This document shows, in pieces, positions 9,544-18,289 of a DNA stretch of 60,454 nucleotides. Below the pieces are notes generated by a model, which was given only the letters and a program-made list of their open reading frames with translations, was not told where the DNA came from and ran no database searches. Each line of letters starts with the position of its first letter. Position 1 is the stretch's first letter. The position numbers were made by a program, and so were the translations under genes. The DNA comes from an uncultured Erysipelotrichaceae bacterium (GTDB lineage Bacteria > Bacillota_I > Bacilli_A > RF39 > UBA660), in the NCBI GenBank assembly GCA_902801685.1, contig CADCIZ010000002.1:1-60454 (forward strand), written 5' to 3'.

Positions 9544-10647
9544 ATGAAAAAAGTAGTTATAGGAATGAGTGGGGGAGTAGATAGTAGTGTTGCTGCGATT
9601 CTGCTTAAGAATCAAGGTTATGAAGTAATAGGATTATTTATGCGTAATTGGGATGCTGGAGTTAATAATGATATTCTAGGAAACCCTACATTAAATAATA
9701 ATATTTGTCCTCAGGAACAAGATTATAATGATGCCTTAGAGGTTTGTAAAAAACTTAATATTCCGCTTAAAAGAGTAGATTTTGTTAAAGAATATTGGGA
9801 TTATGTATTTACTTATTTTTTAGATGAATTAAAAAAAGGTAGAACACCTAATCCAGATATTATGTGTAATAAATATATTAAATTTGACATGTTCTTAAAT
9901 GAAGCAGAAAAGCTAGGAGCAGATTATGTAGCGACTGGGCATTATGCTAGAATAAAAGATAGTAAATTACTTAGAGGAATAGATGATAATAAAGATCAAA
10001 CATACTTTTTATCGCAAGTTCCTAAAGAAAAATTCAAAAAAGTACTATTTCCAGTTGGTGATTTAAAAAAGGAAGAGGTTAGAAAAATTGCCCAAGAGTA
10101 TGATTTAATTACTGCCAAAAAGAAAGATTCAACTGGTATTTGTTTTATTGGAGAACGTAATTTTAAACAATTTCTATCTAATTATTTACCAAATACTCCA
10201 GGTGATATTGTAAATATTGATACCAATGAAAAGGTAGGGGACCATATAGGTTTAATGTATTATACAATTGGACAGAGAAGGGGACTAAATTTAGGTGGAA
10301 ATGATTCTCGTGGTTTTGTAGTTGGAAAAGGTTTAGATAAAAATATATTATATGTATCATTTGGGGATGAGTCTGATTATTTAATAAGTACATCTTGTAT
10401 AGTTGATGAAATAAACTGGTTAAGTGATAAAAAAATAGATAAATGTACAGCGAAATTTAGATACCGTCAAAAAGACAATGATGTAAAACTTACTTGGCAT
10501 GATGACTATATTGAGGTTATATACGAACAAGGTGTTAAAGCAGTTACTCCTGGACAAGCCTGTGTATTTTATAATAATGAAGAATGTCTTGGTGGTGGAA
10601 TTATAAAAGAAGTTAGAAAAAATAATAAAAAGTTGTGGTATTTATAA
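9544..10647 (+). CDS. mnmA: tRNA-specific 2-thiouridylase
   Basis: [52 protein letters not shown]. Confidence 0.97.
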   Translation: MKKVVIGMSGGVDSSVAAILLKNQGYEVIGLFMRNWDAGVNNDILGNPTLNNNICPQEQDYNDALEVCKKLNIPLKRVDFVKEYWDYVFTYFLDELKKGRTPNPDIMCNKYIKFDMFLNEAEKLGADYVATGHYARIKDSKLLRGIDDNKDQTYFLSQVPKEKFKKVLFPVGDLKKEEVRKIAQEYDLITAKKKDSTGICFIGERNFKQFLSNYLPNTPGDIVNIDTNEKVGDHIGLMYYTIGQRRGLNLGGNDSRGFVVGKGLDKNILYVSFGDESDYLISTSCIVDEINWLSDKKIDKCTAKFRYRQKDNDVKLTWHDDYIEVIYEQGVKAVTPGQACVFYNNEECLGGGIIKEVRKNNKKLWYL

Positions 10648-10669
10648 TGAAAGGTTAGGGTAGTGTGGT

Positions 10670-11674
10670 ATGAATATTTTAGATTTATTAAAGAAGTATG
10701 AAAGTAATGATTCTGTACAATATTTAGTAAAAATATTAGGTAGTGAAGAATACTTAAATGATATATTCACAAGTACAATGGGCATTAAGCATCTAATTGA
10801 TAACAGACAAATGGAATATAGATTCTATGAAATATTCCATAATGTTTATAAAAGTATTGAAAATGATAATACTATTGATGATACTATAATAAATTGCCTT
10901 ATTATATTAGATTCTTTTTATAAAGGCATGAGAAAATCAATTGTTTTGGCGCAACAAGAAAAAAAACAGGCAATAAAACTATCTTTAGATGATGTTAGAA
11001 TTAAACTAGATGAAAGAATAAAAAAAATGCATTCTATTGATACATTACCTAAAGATTACAAATATTATGATTATGCTTGTAGTATTAACGATGATATAAA
11101 AGAATATTCATTAGATTTGCAATATAATTTGGAATCTGGATTAAATTATAAAGAAGGATTAAACTCTGTAACAGTAATAACTCCATCTCAAACTATATCA
11201 ATATTTAATGATGATTCAATTAATGGTTTAAAAGGCTCAGGACATCATGAAGCTAGTTTTGATAAAATCATAGAAACCGTATACGGAAGAAAATTTATGA
11301 ATAGTATGAGTGGACAAGATATAAGAATTAGACATATTGCGCAATTTAATAAAAAAAATCATAAATTAGAGTTTAAAATGATTATTGAAATGCCATATGT
11401 AATTAATTCTACACAATTTGAATCATTAAGTAATCTTAATATTGAAATTAAGAAAATTGAAAATAAACTCAGTATAAATTTTATAGTTGGTACTGTGATG
11501 ACAGATTTTGAAAATAGGGATTTTATTAAGTTTATTGAAGATAAAATAAATCTTGATGAAGTATTAGATACGGTTGCTGTAGATGATATAAAGAAAGATA
11601 AATATCAAGAAATATGTTTTATTGGTTATTCAAATTTAGAAAATCATTATAATAATATTGAATACACTAGATAG
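10670..11674 (+). CDS. Hypothetical protein (334 aa)
   Basis: Long ORF followed by terminator-like hairpin; no motif recognised. Confidence 0.7.
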   Translation: MNILDLLKKYESNDSVQYLVKILGSEEYLNDIFTSTMGIKHLIDNRQMEYRFYEIFHNVYKSIENDNTIDDTIINCLIILDSFYKGMRKSIVLAQQEKKQAIKLSLDDVRIKLDERIKKMHSIDTLPKDYKYYDYACSINDDIKEYSLDLQYNLESGLNYKEGLNSVTVITPSQTISIFNDDSINGLKGSGHHEASFDKIIETVYGRKFMNSMSGQDIRIRHIAQFNKKNHKLEFKMIIEMPYVINSTQFESLSNLNIEIKKIENKLSINFIVGTVMTDFENRDFIKFIEDKINLDEVLDTVAVDDIKKDKYQEICFIGYSNLENHYNNIEYTR

Positions 11675-11782
11675 ATCTTAGTAAGTAATTACTAAGATTT
11701 TTCTTTACAAACTATTGACAAAATAGGCATATATGATAAAATTATATATGTAGAAAGTAACAATACAAGGGAGGTTATATAT

Positions 11783-12550
11783 ATGGATGAATTAAACAAT
11801 TTGTTACACGAATTAGGTATTTCAAAAGTAAAATTAGCTAAGTTTTTAGGTGTTTCAAGGCAAATGATTTATAACTATTTAGAATTAGACAGTGTAAATA
11901 AATGGCCAAAAGATAAAAAAGTATTATTATTTAATCTATTAGGAATTAAATCATATGACGAAATGAAAAATATTAAAGTTACTACTGACTACATATTGGA
12001 TGTTGAACAAAGATTAGATAGTATAGGAAATAGAAAAAACTATATTGAAGATCCTCTAAGTGGTTTAGATAGTAAAAAGAAAGAATTATTATCTAAAACT
12101 ATTGATGTCTTAAGAGAGTATATTGAAGAAGATGATGATAATGGATATAAAATAGGGGAGTACTTATTTCATTTTATACAATCACTTAGTAATAATGATG
12201 AATTAAAATATTTACTTGGATATATTGCAAAAGAAACTGGTTATGTTAAACCTAATGAATTTATTTTTAATGAAGATAAACAATATATATTTGAAAGCAT
12301 ACTATTTTCTGCAATGGCATTATATCATAGTGGTAAATCTTCTAAAAGTCGTTTAATTGAGGCTCATAGACGTTTTGAAACGCAAATTAATAATAAAATT
12401 GAAGAAAAAATGAGTCGTACTATGGAACTTAATAATATAAAACAACAAGCTTTAAAAGAACTTGGTTTTACAGAGATTAATGATGATAATATATCTGATG
12501 TTTTTGCAAAAATAGCAGAAATTCAATCTAGAAAAACTGCATTTAAGTAA
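11783..12550 (+). CDS. N-terminal HTH DNA-binding protein
   Basis: LGISKVKLAKFLGVSRQMIYNYL HTH; strong RBS; upstream TTGACA..TAAAAT. Confidence 0.75.
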   Translation: MDELNNLLHELGISKVKLAKFLGVSRQMIYNYLELDSVNKWPKDKKVLLFNLLGIKSYDEMKNIKVTTDYILDVEQRLDSIGNRKNYIEDPLSGLDSKKKELLSKTIDVLREYIEEDDDNGYKIGEYLFHFIQSLSNNDELKYLLGYIAKETGYVKPNEFIFNEDKQYIFESILFSAMALYHSGKSSKSRLIEAHRRFETQINNKIEEKMSRTMELNNIKQQALKELGFTEINDDNISDVFAKIAEIQSRKTAFK

Positions 12551-12560
12551 AAAATGCTAC

Positions 12561-12601
12561 ACTTCCCCTACTTTAAATTTTTAATGAAATAGGGGAGTTT
12601 T
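12561..12601 (+). terminator. Intrinsic terminator
   Basis: ACTTCCCCTA...TAGGGGAGT followed by T residues. Confidence 0.65.
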
Positions 12602-12886
12602 ATATATTATCTCTATTGTGAATAATTAGATTGATTTTAAACTTCTGATGAGTAGTTGTTCACTAAATGTATTTTAAAGTTAGATCTTTTTTTCTTATAT
12701 TTAATAAAATGATCAATAATTAATAATAAATAAAAAAATATTTTTCGTAATATCTTTTAAATATAAAACTTAAAATTCATTAATATTATTAATTAATATA
12801 GATAATTAGTTAATAAAAATCAATTGTTTGAATAATAGATTAATATTAATATTCATTGTTTTAAACAAGAATGCAATTATCCTATA

Positions 12887-13942
12887 ATGTATATTATGTT
12901 AACTTCTATAAAAGAGATAAAAAGGAGTATGTGTGATGTGAAAAAAAGAATACTATATATAGATATAATAAAAGTATTTGCCCTACTATTTGTTATATTC
13001 AACCACTCTGATGATATACTTATATCTAGCAAGATGTATATTAGAATAATTCATAATAGCCTATTTTATTTATCTAAATCTGCTGTTCCATTATTTTTAA
13101 TGGTATCAGGCTCATTACTTATGGAGAAAAAAGATTCAATACCTAAGCTTATTAAAAGAATAATTAGAGTATTAATCCCACTAATTATAATTACAATTAT
13201 CTGGACTATGACTCATTCAAATGCTATTAATATACTAGGTATGATTGATCCTTTTAATGTTAATTATTTTCCTTATTGGTTATGGTATCTGCAAGCATTA
13301 TTATTACTATATATATTAATGCCATTAATTAGAATTATTACTTTAAAAAATAAAGATAAAAGTAGTTTTAAATATATAATTATTATACTTACATTATTAT
13401 CAAGTATAACATTTACAGTAGTTAACATAATATTTAAGAAAAATCAATTAGTTATCACTAACCTACTTCCTATGCCAATTCTTTATTTTATATATGGATA
13501 TATATTATCTAAAACAAATAACAAAAAAATAGTTAAAAATATAAGTTTTATTACGCTAATAATTGCAATTTCTATTCCAGCATATATCGCAACAAATTTA
13601 ATGCTAAAAAAACAATCTTATTTCTTTTTAGATGATTATCGTAATATATATACATTTATAATATCCACTTCCCTATTCATTATAATTAAGTATTATTTTG
13701 AAAAATATAGAAAAGAAAATATTTTTACTAAAGTAATAATTCATCTAAGCAATAATTCTTATGGTATATACTTATTACATGTATTTGTAATAGAATTAAT
13801 ATTAAAAACAGAGTTTATTAAACAGCTTATTGAATTTAATAAATTAGAAGGAATATTTGTACTAATTATCTTAGTAATTATTATACTCGATATAATAACA
13901 TCTATACTAAGGAAAATTCCAGGTATAAAAAAAATATTATAG
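12887..13942 (+). CDS. Acyltransferase 3 family membrane protein (surface-polymer O-acyltransferase)
   Basis: RILYIDIIK..NHS, AVPLFLMVSG, LWYL, SYGIYLLH; many TM segments; true start may be about 12929-12938. Confidence 0.85.
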   Translation: MYIMLTSIKEIKRSMCDVKKRILYIDIIKVFALLFVIFNHSDDILISSKMYIRIIHNSLFYLSKSAVPLFLMVSGSLLMEKKDSIPKLIKRIIRVLIPLIIITIIWTMTHSNAINILGMIDPFNVNYFPYWLWYLQALLLLYILMPLIRIITLKNKDKSSFKYIIIILTLLSSITFTVVNIIFKKNQLVITNLLPMPILYFIYGYILSKTNNKKIVKNISFITLIIAISIPAYIATNLMLKKQSYFFLDDYRNIYTFIISTSLFIIIKYYFEKYRKENIFTKVIIHLSNNSYGIYLLHVFVIELILKTEFIKQLIEFNKLEGIFVLIILVIIILDIITSILRKIPGIKKIL

Positions 13943-13966
13943 TTAATAATATTACTGGGTGATATA

Positions 13967-14089
13967 ATGAAAAAGAATAAAAAATCTAACAAGATGGATA
14001 AGAAAATGAATTACAATTCAGATAGTAAGATTACTAAAAGTTCTAACGATATGAAATGTGATTCACATGATTCTGATAATTGTAGATAA
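13967..14089 (+). CDS. 40-aa hydrophilic small protein, missed by ORF track
   Basis: MKKNKKSNKMDKKMNYNSDSKITKSSNDMKCDSHDSDNCR with GGGTG RBS. Confidence 0.5.
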   Translation: MKKNKKSNKMDKKMNYNSDSKITKSSNDMKCDSHDSDNCR

Positions 14090-14110
14090 CCCAAAAGAAA
14101 AGAAACACAC

Positions 14111-14362
14111 TTACGTTTCTTTTTTATATTTCTCTAATGCTTTAGTTATTTGATCTGGGCAAGAGGTATCTCTAAATCCACATTTAATACCTTTTAGCTT
14201 ATCGATTACATAATCAATATCTTTTCCTATACATAAGGCTCTAACACCAAGTGAATTACCTGGACATCCTCCAATAACTGTCATATCTTTAATTACATTA
14301 TTTTCAATTTCAAAATCCATTCTAGATGCACAAACACCTGATGGTTTATAACTATACCTCAT
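14111..14362 (-). CDS. TIGR03905-family TSCPD-domain protein
   Basis: GVC..GGCPGN..LKGIKCG..TSCPDQ. Confidence 0.9.
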   Translation of the reverse strand: MRYSYKPSGVCASRMDFEIENNVIKDMTVIGGCPGNSLGVRALCIGKDIDYVIDKLKGIKCGFRDTSCPDQITKALEKYKKET

Positions 14363-14373
14363 AAATTCTCCTT

Positions 14374-15249
14374 CTAATCACCATGTGGGTGAAAACTCTC
14401 AAATTCTTGTTTTAATTTTTCTGTTGATACATGTGTATATATTTGTGTGGTTGATATATCACTATGACCTAGTAACTCCTGAATTGTTCTTAAATCCGCA
14501 CCATTATTAATCATATGAGTTGCAAAAGAATGCCTTAATGTATGTGGGGATATATCTTTTTTTATATTATTATCTTGTGCTAGTTTCTTTATTATTTTAA
14601 AGAATCCTTGTCTAGTCATTTTTTTGCCATGATTATTTAAAAACAAGTAATCATTTATCTCTTTTTTTAAAAATGTATATCTAATAGATAGATAACTATT
14701 TAATGCATTAGTTGCATATTCTCCAATAGGAATAATCCGCTCTTTATTCCCCTTCCCCATTGTTCTAACTATATTTTCTAAAGTATCTATATCGTATGTT
14801 TTAAGATTAATTAATTCAGATACTCTAAGTCCTGCTGCATATATTAATTCTAACATAGCTTTATTACGAACACTATAATTATCTGTTATTTTTATATCTA
14901 ATATCTTATTTATTTCATCAATAGTAAGTATATCTGGTAACTTTTTTGATAATTTAATACTAGTTATATTTTCCATAGGATTAGTTTTAACATGTTTATT
15001 TATAATTAGAAACTTATAAAAAGATCTTAGTGATGAGGTATTTCTTGCAATGCTACGTTCATTATGCTTGTTATCTTTTAAATACTTTAAATAATTTTTA
15101 ATATCACTATCATCTATATTATTAATAGTTTTATTTACAAATTTATTAAACATTTCTAAATCATTTCTATAAGCATCAATTGTATTTTTACTATAATTCT
15201 TATCGATTAGTAAATATGTACAAAACTCATTAATTAAATCATCTAACAT
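14374..15249 (-). CDS. xerD: Tyrosine recombinase XerD
   Basis: LELIYAAGLRVSEL, GKGNKER, SPHTLRHSFATH, IQELLGHSDISTTQIYTH, HP at C-terminus. Confidence 0.88.
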   Translation of the reverse strand: MLDDLINEFCTYLLIDKNYSKNTIDAYRNDLEMFNKFVNKTINNIDDSDIKNYLKYLKDNKHNERSIARNTSSLRSFYKFLIINKHVKTNPMENITSIKLSKKLPDILTIDEINKILDIKITDNYSVRNKAMLELIYAAGLRVSELINLKTYDIDTLENIVRTMGKGNKERIIPIGEYATNALNSYLSIRYTFLKKEINDYLFLNNHGKKMTRQGFFKIIKKLAQDNNIKKDISPHTLRHSFATHMINNGADLRTIQELLGHSDISTTQIYTHVSTEKLKQEFESFHPHGD

Positions 15250-15331
15250 AACACCACCACTATAAATATTTTAACATGAAATAATTACATTATCTAGTAA
15301 TATATGATAAAATATTAGTAGTTTTAAGGAG

Positions 15332-16549
15332 GTGCGTATGGAACCACTAGCTATTAAAATGCGTCCTAAATCTATTAATGACGTAATAGGACAAAAACAT
15401 TTAATTGGAGATAATAAAGTAATAACTAATATGGTTAATAATAACTATTTAACATCAATGATACTATATGGTAAACCTGGTATAGGTAAGACTAGTATCG
15501 CAAATGCGATAGTTAATACTTTAGATAAAAAGTATCGTATGCTTAATGCAGTTATTAATAATAAAAAAGACTTTGATGTAGTTGTAGAAGAAGCAAAGAT
15601 GTATGGTGAGCTTGTAGTTATTATGGATGAAATACATAGACTAAATAAAGATAAACAAGACTTACTTCTTCCCTATTTAGAAAGTGGTTTAATTATTCTT
15701 ATTGGTATGACTACTGCTAATCCTTATCATAGTATTAACCCAGCTATTAGGTCTAGATGTCAAATATTTGAGCTTAATCCTCTTAAACAAGATGATATAT
15801 TAGATGGAATAAATAAAGTAATTGAGAAAAATATCCTTGAAAATATTAGCATTGATGAAGAATCTTTAAAATATATTAGTACTGTTGCATCAGGAGATTT
15901 AAGATATGCTTATAACTTACTTGAATTAGCTTATTACTCTAGTAATGATAAAATTATTAGTATAGATAAATTAAAAGAACTAGTTAATAAGCCAAATTTC
16001 TTTCATGATAAAGATTCAGATGGATATTATGACTGTATAAGTGCATTTCAAAAAAGTATTAGAGGCTCTGACGTTGATGCTGCTATTCACTATCTTGCTA
16101 GATTAATAGAAGCAGGAGATTTAGATATCATATATAGAAGAATGAATGTTATTGTATATGAAGATATAGGACTTGCTAATCCTAATATGGCTTTAAAAGT
16201 AGATGCTGCAATTCGTTCATGTGAGAGATTAGGCCTTCCAGAAGCACGAATAATCCTTTCTAACGTGGTAATTGAACTAACCTTATCTCCTAAGTCTAAT
16301 AGTGCTTATTTAGCTATTGCGGAGGCTTTAAACGATATAAATAAGGGTAATGTTGATGATGTTCCAAAGCATTTACAAGCAAACAGTCCAAAATACTTAT
16401 ATGCTCATGATTATGAAAATCATGTAGTTAAACAACAATACCTGCCTAACAATTTAAAACATAAAAGATATTATAAGCCACAGAATAATAAGAATGAAGA
16501 AATACTTAAAAATATTAATGATAAACTAAAAAAGATAATTCATGGATGA
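15332..16549 (+). CDS. rarA: Replication-associated recombination protein A (RarA/MgsA)
   Basis: PLAIKMRP, GKPGIGKT, DEIHRLNK, SAFQKSIRGSD, EDIGLA, PKSN. Confidence 0.93.
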   Translation: MRMEPLAIKMRPKSINDVIGQKHLIGDNKVITNMVNNNYLTSMILYGKPGIGKTSIANAIVNTLDKKYRMLNAVINNKKDFDVVVEEAKMYGELVVIMDEIHRLNKDKQDLLLPYLESGLIILIGMTTANPYHSINPAIRSRCQIFELNPLKQDDILDGINKVIEKNILENISIDEESLKYISTVASGDLRYAYNLLELAYYSSNDKIISIDKLKELVNKPNFFHDKDSDGYYDCISAFQKSIRGSDVDAAIHYLARLIEAGDLDIIYRRMNVIVYEDIGLANPNMALKVDAAIRSCERLGLPEARIILSNVVIELTLSPKSNSAYLAIAEALNDINKGNVDDVPKHLQANSPKYLYAHDYENHVVKQQYLPNNLKHKRYYKPQNNKNEEILKNINDKLKKIIHG

Positions 16550-16551
16550 TT

Positions 16552-16569
16552 ATCTTTTAATATTCTAAG
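16552..16569. repeat. Left direct repeat of PBECR islet
   Basis: ATCTTTTAATATTCTAAG; 17/18 identical to 17357-17374. Confidence 0.7.
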
Positions 16570-16987
16570 CAGCTTCATGATACTTATATTTATCAATAAG
16601 TATTTGTTCTAATATTTGGTGTTCCTTCTTTTTTCTATTTCTTATTTTTGTTTCCTTTACTGGATATACACTTGCAACGTAAAGTGTATCATCTTTTGAT
16701 TGTTGTACTACAACTGAAACAGGTTCAAGTAAATATTTATAATATTCTATACTTTTTTGTTTTAGATTATATGAAACATAATCAGGACAAGATATGATAT
16801 CTTTAATGTGTTTTAAGGTATAGTCTGCACTTTCATTGGATATGTACTCATTTATATATTTATAAATATGTTTATACAACCCAACTGATTGATATATTTC
16901 TTTATCTACAGAAATATCTAAGTGCCATTTTTCAATTATTCTTTTTGATAAGTGTCCAATTATAAATGTTTTTCGGCTGTTTTTCAA
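16565..16987 (-). CDS. PBECR-like (BECR-fold) putative RNase
   Basis: IGHL..GLYKHI..IKDIISCPDYV..IEYYK..YVASVYPV pattern recalled from PBECR-type proteins; TTG start 8 nt after AGGAGG. Confidence 0.65.
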   Translation of the reverse strand: MKNSRKTFIIGHLSKRIIEKWHLDISVDKEIYQSVGLYKHIYKYINEYISNESADYTLKHIKDIISCPDYVSYNLKQKSIEYYKYLLEPVSVVVQQSKDDTLYVASVYPVKETKIRNRKKKEHQILEQILIDKYKYHEAA

Positions 16988-17003
16988 GATGTCATCCTCC
17001 TAG

Positions 17004-17040
17004 AAAAAAAACAGGGCTACAATCATTAGAAAGTAACCCT
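17004..17040 (-). terminator. Intrinsic terminator directly upstream of the PBECR-like gene
   Basis: Minus strand AGGGTTAC-12 nt-GTAGCCCT-G-T8. Confidence 0.75.
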
Positions 17041-17051
17041 ATATTAATCTT

Positions 17052-17164
17052 TGAGTAATTAAGTAGGACTTCTATTCCCTACATATCTACTTTCAGTTAT
17101 AAAACTTACTCTGCCTTCTATAAGAAGTGTGACGGACGAAGATTTTCCGCCTTTTAATTACTCA
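17052..17164 (-). ncRNA. Putative multi-branched structured RNA of unknown family
   Basis: 11-bp closing stem TGAGTAATTAA/TTAATTACTCA encloses hairpins GGCGGA/TCCGTC, CTTCT/AGAAG and GTAGGG/TCCTAC; G-U pairs favour the minus strand. Confidence 0.65.
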
Positions 17165-17275
17165 TTATTTATAACAAGATTTATCTTACATTCTTCCTGT
17201 TACAAGAATAATTTAACACAAATAATATAAAATATCAATAGTTAATTAAAATTAATTTGTATCAAACTGGTGATT

Positions 17276-17303
17276 ATTATACTACAAATCATTTATATGT
17301 CAA
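17276..17303 (-). promoter_or_regulatory. sigmaA-type promoter upstream of the RNA and PBECR-like gene
   Basis: Minus strand TTGACA-16 nt-TATAAT; second candidate TTGATA-17 nt-(TG)TAAATT at 17238-17210. Confidence 0.6.
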
Positions 17304-17356
17304 ATTAAAATTAACATTGGATAGTGTCAAATAATCCTAGTCTTAAATTATTTATC

Positions 17357-17374
17357 ATCTTTTTATATTCTAAG
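17357..17374. repeat. Right direct repeat of PBECR islet, overlapping the holA stop
   Basis: ATCTTTTTATATTCTAAG. Confidence 0.7.
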
Positions 17375-18289
17375 TAAGAATAACTCTAAAGCAAGATTTT
17401 TATCTATCTCTCCTGATTTTATTTTAATATCTAAATCTGCTAGTTCTTCTAAGTGGTTTAATAAAACATCCGATGTATACCTATATCCTTTTTGAATAGC
17501 AAGATGTACTGGATACTTTTTTGAATGTAAGAGATTAGATATATCTTCTTCTGTATATCCTTTACTAGTTAGTATCTTTGCTTGATACATTAATCTAAAT
17601 TGATTGGCAAGCATTACTATTATTTTAATAGGTTCTTCCCCTACTTTTAACATTTCTTTATATGTCGTAATAGATTCTTTTTTATTTTTGTTTATAATAT
17701 TATCTATAAATTTAAATATATTTATATCTATCTTTTCATGAGTACAGCTAATTATATCATTATCAGTAATTATCTTATCATTTATCTTATAAATCTTAAT
17801 CTTTTCTGCTTCATTAGATAGACTATTTAAATCATTCCCTACTCTTTTAATAAATAAATTAATTGTATTATAACTAATATTATAACCTTCAAACAATTTC
17901 TTTACATAATTATTTATATTAGTAATCTTATTAAATTCTTCAATCTTACCTTTTTCTTTAATAAGTTTATATAGTTTTCTTCTAGAATCAACTATATCAC
18001 TATTTACAACAAATACTAGTATTGTATTCGGATTATAGTTTTCTATATACTTCTCAAGTTCAGTTGTATCAATACTTTTCTTACTAGAAAATAGTAGTTC
18101 ATTATTTACAATTATTACTTTTTTATCATCAAATAATGATATTGTCGATGCATCTTCTATTATATTAGATATTAAATCATCTTCATTATATTTAGAAATA
18201 TTAATATCAGCAATATTCTCTTTTTTTATTATTTTGTTTATATAATCAGTAATTAAAGCATCAAGTGTTCCAAAAAGCAAATATATCAT
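17363..18289 (-). CDS. holA: DNA polymerase III delta subunit
   Basis: IYLLFG, SLFDDKKVIIV, EPIKIIVMLANQFR, DIKIKSG..LELFLL. Confidence 0.88.
   Translation of the reverse strand: MIYLLFGTLDALITDYINKIIKKENIADINISKYNEDDLISNIIEDASTISLFDDKKVIIVNNELLFSSKKSIDTTELEKYIENYNPNTILVFVVNSDIVDSRRKLYKLIKEKGKIEEFNKITNINNYVKKLFEGYNISYNTINLFIKRVGNDLNSLSNEAEKIKIYKINDKIITDNDIISCTHEKIDINIFKFIDNIINKNKKESITTYKEMLKVGEEPIKIIVMLANQFRLMYQAKILTSKGYTEEDISNLLHSKKYPVHLAIQKGYRYTSDVLLNHLEELADLDIKIKSGEIDKNLALELFLLRI

Noticed and set aside
12645-12652. Hammerhead ribozyme core CTGATGAG
   Set aside because: No properly placed GAAA or supporting stems
14374-15249. XerD as the integrase of a mobile element or integron
   Set aside because: Looks like housekeeping XerD in a core context, with no attC-like or att sites adjacent; a trans role cannot be shown from sequence
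17052-17164. tRNA gene, known riboswitch, or 16S fragment (GTCCGTCACAC on the minus strand)
   Set aside because: No T-loop, D-loop or CCA; no lysine or T-box signatures; the rRNA-like match is too short to mean anything
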